IMG/VR virus record: IMGVR_UViG_3300025021_000154 | Coordinates: 1 to 64,000 of that record | Direction: 5' to 3' (one strand) | DNA from: a virus | Lineage: Duplodnaviria > Caudoviricetes | DNA: 64,000 nucleotides | Part shown: in pieces, positions 19,168 through 29,100 of the stretch | Position numbering within the stretch: the stretch's first letter is position 1 | Layout: each line of letters opens with the position of its first letter | The notes under the pieces: generated by a model | The model's database searches: none | What the model saw: the letters and a program-made list of their open reading frames with translations, nothing else | What the model was told of the DNA's origin: nothing | Program-made: the position numbers and the translations under genes

Positions 19168-19941
19168 ATGAGCCTTCTAAAAACCATGATCAAACACACC
19201 GGCGGTGGGCAGGAAGCCACGGCTGGAGGTGAGCCCGCACCGTCTTTACCACCGCAACCACCGCAGCCCGCCATCTATATCTCCACCGGCCTCGACGTCC
19301 ACGAGATCGAGAACGCCCGCGACTGGTCCGAGGACAGGGAGATCGACGGCACGCTGTGTCGCCGACTGTCGCCTGAATACTTTGCATGGCTACGTTCCCG
19401 CATGGTCACCGCCCAAGCCGCGCACAAGGCCGGAAAGCTCCCCGAGGATGCCTGGAACACGCTGCGGCAGCGATTCAACACCTTGCAGGAGCTGGCCATC
19501 CGGGAGTTCGGCAAGGAAAGCCTGCAGGAGGTTCTGCATTCCTTTTCCCCGAAGAACTACCGGCCACCCGCGCTTCGTCCCGAGCTCCAGGAGAAACCCG
19601 TCGAAGTTCCCAGAAAGGACTGGATTTATCCCGGGAACCAAGCTTGGAAATGTAAGCAGCCGGTGACTTCCCAGGCTGTCGCCAAGGTCGACGCCATCCG
19701 TGAGGTGGCCATGGCCAAGGGCTGGTCCGAGGCACGCCTCTATCAGAACCAGGGCCGGTTTCGGTTTCCCTGCGGCGAGGACTACGGCCTGGTCTGTTTC
19801 GTCGATGGCGACCAGGAGATTGACGAAGTCACCGAGCATTTTATCGAAATTATCCACGGACCAAACTCCGGACGTCCCAGCACGCTGCGCTTCTTCAACC
19901 CGGACGTGCCCCAGCCGTGGATGAAGAAAATGGAGGATTGA
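19168..19941 (+). CDS. Hypothetical phage protein
   Basis: 257 aa ORF with GGAG RBS downstream of the motif; no family recognised. Confidence 0.7.
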   Translation: MSLLKTMIKHTGGGQEATAGGEPAPSLPPQPPQPAIYISTGLDVHEIENARDWSEDREIDGTLCRRLSPEYFAWLRSRMVTAQAAHKAGKLPEDAWNTLRQRFNTLQELAIREFGKESLQEVLHSFSPKNYRPPALRPELQEKPVEVPRKDWIYPGNQAWKCKQPVTSQAVAKVDAIREVAMAKGWSEARLYQNQGRFRFPCGEDYGLVCFVDGDQEIDEVTEHFIEIIHGPNSGRPSTLRFFNPDVPQPWMKKMED

Positions 19942-19944
19942 GCT

Positions 19945-20223
19945 GTGAAGAAAAAGAAACGCTACGCCAACGCCAAGGATGTCTTGCCCGAGGAACTCTT
20001 TGAGCAGATCCAGAAGCACTACACCGGGATTCTCTGGATTCCCGCGCCCAGCCGTTTTTACCAGGAGCGCCGCGCTCTGGTGCTGGCCCTTCATCTGCAA
20101 GGCATTAGCAGTCAGGAGATTTCCAACCTCGCGGGAGTGACCACCCGCCGGGTCAATCAGATTATCGCGGCCGAGCGAAAACAGGATCAGACCCGACAGA
20201 TGGACGCCGTTTCCGGTATGTAA
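19945..20223 (+). CDS. CD3324-like / Mor-type HTH regulator
   Basis: YANAKDVLPEELFEQIQKHY.G.LWIP...GISSQEISNLAGVTTRRVNQII. Confidence 0.6.
   Translation: MKKKKRYANAKDVLPEELFEQIQKHYTGILWIPAPSRFYQERRALVLALHLQGISSQEISNLAGVTTRRVNQIIAAERKQDQTRQMDAVSGM
20192..20223 (+). promoter_or_regulatory. Phage-sigma promoter motif copy 4 (variant, upstream of terS)
   Basis: CCCGAC-N14-TCCGGTATGTAA; the final TAA is also the upstream stop codon. Confidence 0.65.
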
Positions 20224-20314
20224 CCGCAGAACCGGCTGGAGCGTGTTTGGAGGCTAAATCGGTCTCCCGCCCGCCATCCCGGCATAAAAGAACAAACATT
20301 GGCAGGAAATTGAT

Positions 20315-20815
20315 GTGACTTTGAGCAAACCTGACAAAGAGACAATGGACCGCTGGCACCGCAACGAGGGCAAGACAGAACCGCCCCGGCGCGGCCCTGG
20401 TGCGCCTGAAGGCAACCAAAACCGCCTGCGTCACGGCATCTTTGCCGACCGCTGCCTGACCCCGGAAGAGAAGGTCATGTTCGATGTGATCATCGAGCGT
20501 CTCAACCAAGACTTTGTGTTCAACAAGTCCAGCGACTTCCTGCAGGTCGAGCTGGTGGGCGTCTACTCGGTGAAGCTGGTCCGCGCCCAGATCGAAGGGA
20601 ATACCCAGGCGGCTGAAAGTCTCGACCGCATGATCCGCTGTCACATGAAGGATCTCAAGACCACCAAGATCGCCCGCGAGGGTGAGGAGCCGCAAGGTCC
20701 ACAGACCTCTCCGGCGGAATGGGCGGCGGCGCTGCTCGAGAAGGTGGCCGAGGCCGCCAACACCACGGCCGCGAAGACCTCCAGCCGCAAGAAACGCGGA
20801 AAGAATTGCGGATAA
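20315..20815 (+). CDS. Probable terminase small subunit
   Basis: GAPEGNQNRLRHG motif typical of small-subunit N-termini; helical; lies upstream of terL. Confidence 0.6.
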   Translation: MTLSKPDKETMDRWHRNEGKTEPPRRGPGAPEGNQNRLRHGIFADRCLTPEEKVMFDVIIERLNQDFVFNKSSDFLQVELVGVYSVKLVRAQIEGNTQAAESLDRMIRCHMKDLKTTKIAREGEEPQGPQTSPAEWAAALLEKVAEAANTTAAKTSSRKKRGKNCG

Positions 20816-20981
20816 CACCATGGAGGGCTTTTCCGATGACCACGGCACACGGCGACTTGCGGCAGACAGCTTCACCAGGAATTGCGGATAAGACGTGTTC
20901 CTTGCACTTTCAGAATCGGCGTTCCCCAGCCGCCGATCATCATTACCACTTCTCACTATCCTCCAGCAGCTATCAATATCC

Positions 20982-21227
20982 GCTTGGCATGTGTGCGCAT
21001 AAGCCGAGCCGCATAAGCCAAGCAGATATTACCATGTGTGTTCCGCGCCCGGAGCGCACAAGCCAAGCAGTTATTGGCATACGCAGCCGACAGACGCCGA
21101 AGGAGAAATTCCGGTCAATCGAAATTTCCCGACCCGCATGGCAGGATGCACCCCACTGTCATGATCATTCATCATCGGCGGATGTGTTCTTCTGCGGACA
21201 CTGTCATTCACTGTCTTCGACACTGTC
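20982..21227. repeat. Short repeat cluster in the non-coding gap beside the tyrosine recombinase
   Basis: GCAyAAGCCrAGC at 20997, 21011, 21056 plus an inverted partial at 20982; CACTGTC at 21154, 21199, 21209, 21221. Confidence 0.5.
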
Positions 21228-21283
21228 TCGCCCAACGAAAACAGGAGCAGCCAAGGCCGCTCCCATCATCGATTGCGAAAAGA

Positions 21284-22198
21284 TCAGAGGCGTTCGAGGG
21301 CTTCCTCGAGCTGGCCGTCCACGAGGTGGGTGTAGATCTGGGTGGTTGACACGTCCCGGTGCCCCAAGGCCCGCTGCACCACGAGCAGGTCGTTGGTCGC
21401 GCTGTAGAGGTGGGTGGCGAAAGTGTGCCGCATGCCGTGCGGCGTCAGTTCCTTTTCGATCCCGGCTTTCAGCAGCCAGTGGGCGAGCCGGTTGGCGATC
21501 TGCCGCTGGCAGAGTCTGCTGTCCCGGTTCGACAGGAACAGGGCTTCCATTTCCGGGCGGCCGCGTCGACGGCGCTCGGACAGGTAGCGGCGCAGCAACG
21601 TGCGGAGGTCGGTCTTGATGAACTTGACCTGCGGCACATTCCCCTTGGCCCGCACCCGCAGATGCTTGGCGTCAAGGTCGATGTCATCCATGTCGAGCGC
21701 GGCCAGCTCGCCAAGCCTGATCCCTGTGCCAAGGAGCACCTCGATCATAGCGCGGTCGCGCAGCGTGGAGAAGTCGGTCCACCCCTTGAGCTCCTTGAGC
21801 AGACGTTTCTTTTCGGCGGCGGTCAGGAACACCGGCAGCTTTCTCGGCAGCCGATGCATGCGGATGGACCGGGCCGGATTGTCATCGACTACGCCCGCTT
21901 CGACGGCCCAGGCGAAGAAGGACCGCACGGCCGCCTTCATGCGATGGAGCGACGCGGCTGAGCGCGGACCTCTTTCACTGTCAGCCACCGCCTCGGAGGA
22001 GAACACCTGGTCGAGGAGCCCGGGCGTAATCTCCCTGCAGATAATCCCGGGAGCCAGCTTCTCCGCCACACGGGCCAACAGGGCAAGATCCCTGCGGTAT
22101 GCGGCTATGGTCGCTGGGGAGCGTCCTTCGGCCGACAGGCGGGCACAGAACGCCTCTGTCGCGCCCGCCAGATCGAGGTCAGCCGTTCGATTGCTCAT
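21284..22198 (-). CDS. XerC/D-like tyrosine recombinase
   Basis: GTGIRLGEL (R), AKG (K), TPHGMRHTFAT (HxxR), LGH..STTQIYTH (H, Y); SAM-like N-terminal domain. Confidence 0.92.
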   Translation of the reverse strand: MSNRTADLDLAGATEAFCARLSAEGRSPATIAAYRRDLALLARVAEKLAPGIICREITPGLLDQVFSSEAVADSERGPRSAASLHRMKAAVRSFFAWAVEAGVVDDNPARSIRMHRLPRKLPVFLTAAEKKRLLKELKGWTDFSTLRDRAMIEVLLGTGIRLGELAALDMDDIDLDAKHLRVRAKGNVPQVKFIKTDLRTLLRRYLSERRRRGRPEMEALFLSNRDSRLCQRQIANRLAHWLLKAGIEKELTPHGMRHTFATHLYSATNDLLVVQRALGHRDVSTTQIYTHLVDGQLEEALERL

Positions 22199-22553
22199 CG
22201 CTGGACTCCTTCACCCGGCTGTGGCCCATGGGCGTGCTTTTGGGCAGCGGCAACTCCTCGATGCGACCCGACTCCTTGGCCCAGACCATCATCATGCGGA
22301 ACACCCGGACAGTCTTGGCGACGGTGCGCTCGGCCCGCTCCTTGCCGTCGGGGAGTTTGAGCAGCAGGTCGGACTTGTAGAACTTGCCGACCTGGGGAAG
22401 CCGGATCTCGGCGAGCTGGCGATCCGCGCCGAAGAAGGCCTCAACCACGTCGAGGTCCTTCCGGTAGGTGTAGAGGGTCCGCTCTTTCTTTCCGGATTCC
22501 CGCAAGTGGCCGATGAAGGCCTCGGCGGTCTGATGAACGGTGCAGTCACTCAT
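22179..22553 (-). CDS. Stand-alone integrase SAM-like (core-binding) domain protein
   Basis: AFIGHLRESGKKERTLYTYRKDL...AERTVAKTVRVFRMMMVWA; no catalytic domain. Confidence 0.7.
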   Translation of the reverse strand: MSDCTVHQTAEAFIGHLRESGKKERTLYTYRKDLDVVEAFFGADRQLAEIRLPQVGKFYKSDLLLKLPDGKERAERTVAKTVRVFRMMMVWAKESGRIEELPLPKSTPMGHSRVKESSDEQSNG

Positions 22554-22586
22554 GTCTATGTCTCCTTTCAGGGTGGCCCGGCGTGT

Positions 22587-22781
22587 TCAGGACAGGAACT
22601 CGTCCAGCTCCCGCAGCAGCTCCTCGACGTGGCCGAGGGAGCCGACGCTCGCCCAGGTGATGTCCGGCTGCTTCGCGTCCGCTTCGAGCTTGCCGCGAAT
22701 GCCGTCGATCAGCCGGGCGATGCTCTCCTGTTTTTCTCGGTACGCCTTGAGTGCCTGCTGGCGGTTTCTGTCGTAGGTCAT
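22587..22781 (-). CDS. Small helical hypothetical protein (64 aa)
   Basis: MTYDRNRQQAL...TWASVGSLGHVEELLREL; ATG 22781 preferred over the upstream track start. Confidence 0.6.
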   Translation of the reverse strand: MTYDRNRQQALKAYREKQESIARLIDGIRGKLEADAKQPDITWASVGSLGHVEELLRELDEFLS

Positions 22782-22830
22782 GGCCTGCCTCCGGTTCCGG
22801 TTTTCGTGGATGCGGGACCATCCCGCGTCA

Positions 22831-22866
22831 CATCCAATGACGCTTCTATTTCGTTGGAAATCAAGT
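22831..22866 (-). promoter_or_regulatory. Shared sigma70-like motif B, copy 1
   Basis: Minus strand ACTTGATTT-N10-AGAAGCgTCATT; matches 61119-61153. Confidence 0.5.
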
Positions 22867-22997
22867 GTTTGCAGAGATCTTTCTGCATATGCCCCAAACC
22901 CATAACCCAAAGGAGATCAACATGTTGAAGAAGTTTCTCGAATGGACCATCCCGCTGGTCGCATCCTCGGCAATGCCTTGAGGATGGGATTGCACTG

Positions 22998-24521
22998 ATG
23001 GCAGTAACCGACAAGGAGCGCAAACTCGCGGCGACCCTGAGCGATCCCGTGTTGTGGGGGCAAGCCTACCTCTACAACCGGGATGGCTCAGGCCGCGACT
23101 ACTGGCCGCATCAGGTGGAGGACCTGCGCTGTCTGGCCAGGAACATCATTCACCTCGACGGCCGGGACGTGGGCAAGTCCATTGTGCTCTCGACCGACGC
23201 GCTCCATTACGCCTTCACCACCCGGGGTGGCCAGGGCCTGATAGCGGCCCCGCACCAGGGGCACCTCGACAGCATTATCGAGGAGATCGAGTACCAGCTC
23301 GACACCAACCCGGATCTGATGAACAGCATCGCCCTGACCAAGTACGGCAAGCCCAAGATCAACCGCAAACCCTACTTCCGGCTGGAGTTCACCAATGGCT
23401 CGGTGCTCTATTTCCGTCCGGCTGGGGCCTATGGTGATTCCTTTCGGTCTCTGCATGTGGGCCGCGTCTGGGTCGATGAGGGAGCTTGGCTGACGGAGCG
23501 GGCCTGGAAGGCGCTGCGCCAGTGCCTCAAGACGGGGGGAATTCTGCGCATCTACTCCACGCCCAACGGCCTGCGCGACACCACCTACTACCGGCTCACC
23601 TCGTCCGACCAGTTCCATGTGTTCCGCTGGCCGTCCTGGCTCAATCCGCTCTGGACCGAGGACCGCGAGTCTGAACTGCTGGAATTCTATGGCGGCCGGG
23701 ACAGCTCCGGCTGGCAGCACGAGGTGGCCGGTGAACACGGCAAGCCCTCCTATGGGGCCTTCAATGTCGAGCAGTTCAACCTCTGTCGGCAGGATCTGCT
23801 GGAGTATCAGAAGATCGTCATCACCGATTCCGAGCTGCGCGATTGCGACACCGAGGAAGCGGCCCACGACCGGCTGGAGATGCTGCTCAACCTCACGCCC
23901 CGCAGCGGGCAGTTCTGGGTTGGCGGCGACCTGGGCTACACCAACGATCCTACCGAGATCATTGTTTTCCAGGAAATGGAGGTCGGCGAGCGGACCCTGC
24001 TGAAGATGATCCTGCGCGTGCATCTGGAACACGTTTCCTATCCGCACATCGCCCAGATCTTCGCCCTGCTGGAGCGGTACTACACCCCGGCAGGCATCGG
24101 CGTGGACAACGGCGGTAATGGACTGGCCGTGGTGCAGGAACTGCTCACTCTGGACAAATACAGGGGGCTGGAGCTGGAAGGCAGGCTCAAGGGATACGAC
24201 TTCGGCGGCATGACCCGACTGGCGGTGCGGGACGGCAAGGAAATCAAGAAACGGACCAAGGAGCTGATGACCAGCCTCATCAACGGGGCACTGCAACGCA
24301 AGCAGCTCATTTTCCCCTCCGACGACCTGGAGGTGGAAGACCAGTTCACCACCCACACCTACACCCTGCGGGACGGCAAGATCATCTATTCCAAGGGCAA
24401 CGACCACATCATCGACGCGGTGCGCTGCGCCATGCTGATCCGGGAGGAAGGCAACCTCGACCCGGTCGGTGAAGAGGTGGTCTCGCTCAACCCCGTGCTC
24501 ACCAACCCGATTTTTATCTGA
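22998..24521 (+). CDS. Terminase large subunit
   Basis: GRDVGKS Walker A, VWVDEG Walker B, STPNG, GGDLG and DHIIDA nuclease motifs. Confidence 0.92.
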   Translation: MAVTDKERKLAATLSDPVLWGQAYLYNRDGSGRDYWPHQVEDLRCLARNIIHLDGRDVGKSIVLSTDALHYAFTTRGGQGLIAAPHQGHLDSIIEEIEYQLDTNPDLMNSIALTKYGKPKINRKPYFRLEFTNGSVLYFRPAGAYGDSFRSLHVGRVWVDEGAWLTERAWKALRQCLKTGGILRIYSTPNGLRDTTYYRLTSSDQFHVFRWPSWLNPLWTEDRESELLEFYGGRDSSGWQHEVAGEHGKPSYGAFNVEQFNLCRQDLLEYQKIVITDSELRDCDTEEAAHDRLEMLLNLTPRSGQFWVGGDLGYTNDPTEIIVFQEMEVGERTLLKMILRVHLEHVSYPHIAQIFALLERYYTPAGIGVDNGGNGLAVVQELLTLDKYRGLELEGRLKGYDFGGMTRLAVRDGKEIKKRTKELMTSLINGALQRKQLIFPSDDLEVEDQFTTHTYTLRDGKIIYSKGNDHIIDAVRCAMLIREEGNLDPVGEEVVSLNPVLTNPIFI

Positions 24522-24578
24522 ACCAGACAAATCATTATCCGTTGTGAGGAAGTGGCAACGCTTTGTCTGGAGGCATCC

Positions 24579-24610
24579 TCCGACGCTTTCCACCCCTCTC
24601 CGGTAAGTAA
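24579..24610 (+). promoter_or_regulatory. Phage-sigma promoter motif copy 5 (portal)
   Basis: TCCGAC-N14-TCCGGTAAGTAA. Confidence 0.75.
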
Positions 24611-24684
24611 CCGGCATCAAGCCGGGTTCGGCCCATACGGGCCGGATGTGCGGCTGTCATTGCCGAAACTACCGAGAGGATCAC

Positions 24685-26193
24685 GTGGAAAGCACCGCCC
24701 ATCAGGACGAACAATCGGAAAGCCTGGACACCACCGGCTTTGTCATCGCGCCACTGGCAGCAGCGGCCGCCCTCGATTCAGCCGCCTTCAGTAAGGTCAA
24801 CGCCGCCGAGGCGATTCCGGCCACCTGGGAGGAACGCGCCCGCAAGGCCTGGGAATACTACGTCGAGGAGCCGCTGGTGAAGAACTGCGTCAACTCCTGG
24901 CGCACCTTCGCCGTGGGCGACGAAATCAAGATCACCAGCGATGACGAGAACCTCAAGGAGCAGGCCTTGGAGGCCGCCTGGCGGCTGAACATCTCGCAAT
25001 TCATCAAGGACATGGTCCTTCAGCTCCTGGTGAAAGGAGACGCCATCGGCTTCAAGCGTTTCACCCAGTCCGGCCAGGACATCGAGGAGCTGGTCTGCGT
25101 CAACCCGGTTTCGGTCAAGGTCAAATACGCCCAGGGCGAGCTGATCGAGGCCCGGCAATTTCCCGAGGACACACCCGGCGGCGGCGACTCCATCCCGCTG
25201 CCCGTCGAGCAGGTGGTCCACCTCAAATGGGACGCTCCGGCCTTTTCGCCCCGGGGCAATTCTCTCGTGCTTCCCGCCTTTCAGGCCATCGAACTGCTAC
25301 GCGACTACCGCCGGGCCGAACAGGCCATCGCCAAGCGCTGGGCCACGCCGTTCCGCCTGCTCAAGGTGGGCGGCGCGTTCGGGCAAAAGATGGTGATGCC
25401 GGACCAGCGGATGCTCGAACAGGTTCGCGACATGGTCAACAAGATGGACATGAAAAGTGGCCTGGTGGTGCCGTTCTACGTCAATGTCGAAACTCATGGC
25501 ACCGACGGCCAGGTTCTCAATGTCGAGGACAAGGTCAAGGAGGTGAAGGAAGACGTCGTGGTGGCCCTGGGACTGTCGCGCTCGCTGGTGACCGGTGATG
25601 GCCCGAATTTCGCCACCGCCTCGGTAAGCATGCAGAAGATGATGGTCATGATCCGCGAGATCAAACAGGCCGCACGCAAGCTCCTCGACTGGGTGTTCGA
25701 CGACTGGATGGAGCTGCGCGGCCAGGGCGACAAAACTCTCCAGTTCATCTTCAACGACCTCGACCCCAGCGACGCGGTCGATTTCAAGAAACTCCTCATC
25801 GAACTCTACGACCGCAAGCTCATCAGCCGTTCCAGCCTCCAGCTCAAGATGGACTTGGACCCGGACATCGAGACCGCCAATCGCGAAACCGAGAGTAAGA
25901 AGATCGACCTGATGGACGAAAAGCAGGTGAAGCCCGTGGTGGATATGGTTGTCTCGGGCATCCTGAGTGTGCCTCGCGCCAGAAAGATGCTCGGGATTCC
26001 TGCCGAGGACAACGAGACTTCAGCAGAGGCCGCGCTCGTCTGGTCAGGAGATCTGGAATCCACCGGCGATGCGGCCGTGTGCGACGAGTGCAGCCATTTC
26101 GACACGGCCACCAACCACTGCCGGGTCCACAACAGCGAGCGCACCTTCGACGCCCCGGCCTGTCGTTTCATCGACCGCCGGGAGCCCCGCTGA
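24685..26193 (+). CDS. Portal protein
   Basis: Follows terL; VVHLKW...PRGNSLVLPA..., LGLS..L; GTG start at 24685 with GAGGA; C-terminal 4-Cys motif. Confidence 0.85.
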   Translation: MESTAHQDEQSESLDTTGFVIAPLAAAAALDSAAFSKVNAAEAIPATWEERARKAWEYYVEEPLVKNCVNSWRTFAVGDEIKITSDDENLKEQALEAAWRLNISQFIKDMVLQLLVKGDAIGFKRFTQSGQDIEELVCVNPVSVKVKYAQGELIEARQFPEDTPGGGDSIPLPVEQVVHLKWDAPAFSPRGNSLVLPAFQAIELLRDYRRAEQAIAKRWATPFRLLKVGGAFGQKMVMPDQRMLEQVRDMVNKMDMKSGLVVPFYVNVETHGTDGQVLNVEDKVKEVKEDVVVALGLSRSLVTGDGPNFATASVSMQKMMVMIREIKQAARKLLDWVFDDWMELRGQGDKTLQFIFNDLDPSDAVDFKKLLIELYDRKLISRSSLQLKMDLDPDIETANRETESKKIDLMDEKQVKPVVDMVVSGILSVPRARKMLGIPAEDNETSAEAALVWSGDLESTGDAAVCDECSHFDTATNHCRVHNSERTFDAPACRFIDRREPR

Positions 26194-29100
26194 TGTCATC
26201 GGACCTCAAGCAGCGCATCCAGGCGGCTACTCTGAAGAGCCTGACGGCCCGCAACCTCTACAACGACCAGATCACGGCCCAGCTCACCCAGGCGCTGAAA
26301 CAGGCTGAGGACGAGGTCGCCCGCGCCATCCTCCAGTACCGCTCCCTCGGCTCGCTGCCGGACAACAAGCTCGCCGCCCTCAAGGGGCTGGAAAAGCTCC
26401 AGCTCGAACTCGACGACACCATGAAGCGGCTCAAGCGGGAGCAGACCCTGGTTTATCGCAAGACGACCAAGGACTCCTTCAAGCTCGGCATCCAACAGGG
26501 AATCGGAGAGTTCGCCGACGCGGCGCTGCCGTTCTATGCCGACTTGAAACCCGAAGGCATCGATAAGCTGGCCACCAAGGTCTTCACCATCGTCGACACC
26601 AGTGCCCTCGACTTCATGGCGCAATACAACCTCACGCTCGCCGGTGACGTCCATCGCGAGCTCTCAGACGGCATCAAGCGCACCATCCTGAACGGCATCG
26701 CCACGGGCAAGGGAGCCGACGATATCGTCCGGGACATGGGCAAGGTGATCATCGACAAGGATTCCTTCCGCCAGGCCGGAAGCCGGGTGTTCAGCAAGGC
26801 CCAGTACCGCATGGAGATGATCGCCCGCACCGAGGTCCTCCGCGCCCACAACATGGGCAGGCTCAAGTTCCACGAGCGGGTCGGCATCCAGAAGCTGGAA
26901 TGGCTGGCTATGGAAGACGAGCGCATGTGCCCGGTCTGTGGCGGCCTGGACGGCAAGACCTTTCCCATCGACAAGTTCCCCCAGCAACCCGCGCATCCGC
27001 ATTGCCGCTGCACCAACGTCGTGGCCTGGCCGATGACCGTCTGCGGCAGCGAGATGGTTGCCAAGGCCGCCGCCCAGGCATCGCAGGGGGACGCCTGCAT
27101 TCTCCCGCCCCACGTGCTGGAAGGCATGGCCGATGCCCAGGCCAAGGAGAACGCCAAGCTCAAGAGCGCCTTTGAAAATGGCGACATCACCGAGCTCGGC
27201 TCGTTGACGGTCAAACAGCTCCAGACCCTGGCGAAACAGAACGGCGTGGCCATCGCCCGGACCAAGGCCGATTTCATCAAGCTGCTCGATCTGGCCGAGC
27301 CGGGAATCGATCATGGTGACCTGGCCGGAGCGGCGCTCAGCGCCAAGCTCAAGGAACACAAGATCGGCCTGCTGCGGAGCAAGGACGAACTGATCGAGTT
27401 GCTCGGACTGAAGCAGGCGGAACTCAAACAGGCCAAGTTGCTCGCCGCTCAGATGGCGAAGATTCCGCCCGCCGAGGGGCTGGAGGGCATGACCGCCCAG
27501 CAGCTCAAGGAGATGGCGAAGGAGAACAGCATCTCCCTCAACATGACCAAGCAGGAGACCATCGAGCTGCTCGACAAGCTGGAGCCCGGCGTGGACCACA
27601 GCGGACTGATGGGCAAGGAACTCGCGGCAGCCAAGCAGAAGCACGGTATCGGCATTCTCAAGAACAAACAGCAGCTCGTCGAGGCGCTGCAGAAGAAGGC
27701 CGGTACCGACATGGCCGAGTCCGTCAAGCAAAAGGCGGTCTCTGACGCCAAGCAGAAGCTGATCCAGAAACAGAAAACGGCCCTCGAAGACGCCGCAAAG
27801 GCAGTGGTCGTTCCCGACTCGCCGACAGGCTACAAGGATTTCCTCGACACGATTGCCAAGGCGGAACAGGCGGTTTCCGTCGGCACCGATCTGCCCCAGG
27901 AGATGCTTGCGGCCCACAGCAAGGAAATCGCCTTCAAGAAACAGCTCTTCCAGGACCAGATCGGCAAGCTGAAATCGACCGAGCTCAAGACACTCGCTAA
28001 GGAGACCAAGGTCCAGTATTGGCAATGGGCCAACAAAGACGAGCTGACCACGCTCTTTACAGAGACCGACCCGGGGAAAATCAAGGCGGTTCAGGCGAGC
28101 ATCGACGCCAAGCATGCCGCCTGGGCCGAAAAACATGGCGGCAAGAAGAAAGCAGCGCAAGCCAAGCCCATCACTCCGAAAAAGGAGCCGCCGAGTCCGG
28201 TAAAGCCGTCCGAGGCCAAGATCGGCAAGAAAGGTGCGGAGTTCTCAGACGCCGATTCTGCATGGCAGCAAAAGGGACTGCCGTCAAAATTCAAGAAATC
28301 CGGCAAGGCCGCTGTCGGCGGCGCACATGAAAAGGAGTTCTGGACCGACGAGAACGGCGACAAATGGCTGTTCAAACCCAATGGCCGCAAGGACGATGAG
28401 TTCATCGCCTTTGGAGAGGAGGCCGCCTACAAGATCGGCCGTCTGATCGATCCCCACGCCATCGAGGTCCGGACCATCCAGTTGAACGGCCGCATCGGTT
28501 CCATCCAGAAATGGCGCACCGATCTGCGGGACGACTTCGATTTCCGCAACATCCTGCCTCAGGATCTGACCACCATCGAACTGGAACAGATCCAGCGCGA
28601 GCACGTGGTCGACTGGCTGATCGCCAACCACGACGGGCATTCCAAGCAGTTCATCCGTGCCAGGGACGGTCGCGTCCACGGCATCGACAAAGGCCAGGCT
28701 TTCAAGTTCCTGGGACAGGACAAACTCTCGCTCGATTACCACCCCAACGGGGCGTGCGGTGAGGAAGAGCCGTTTTACAACAAGGTCTTCCGGGCGGCCA
28801 AGGAAGGGAAGGTGCGGGTCGATCCGAACGCGACGCTTCGCTACATCCACGAAGTCGAAAAGATCGCCGACGAGGATTATCTCGGTCTGCTGCGGCCCTA
28901 CGCCGAGGGCCGGTTCGCCAAGGACCCGGCCGGGCTGAGGCATTTTTACGATCTGGCCCTGGAACGAAAGCACAATCTCCGGCGGGACTTCGAGGCTTAT
29001 TACGCCGATGTGCTGGGGGATCGTGGATTCCGTTTCGACAAGCTGACCGCCGCCACCGGCAAGAAAAAGCTGCTCTCCTCCGCCGAGGAAGCCCTGGTCG

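Noticed and set aside
20803-20891. GAATTGCGGATAA resembling the lac operator
   Set aside because: Partial match only, no LacI-family gene; kept just as a direct repeat
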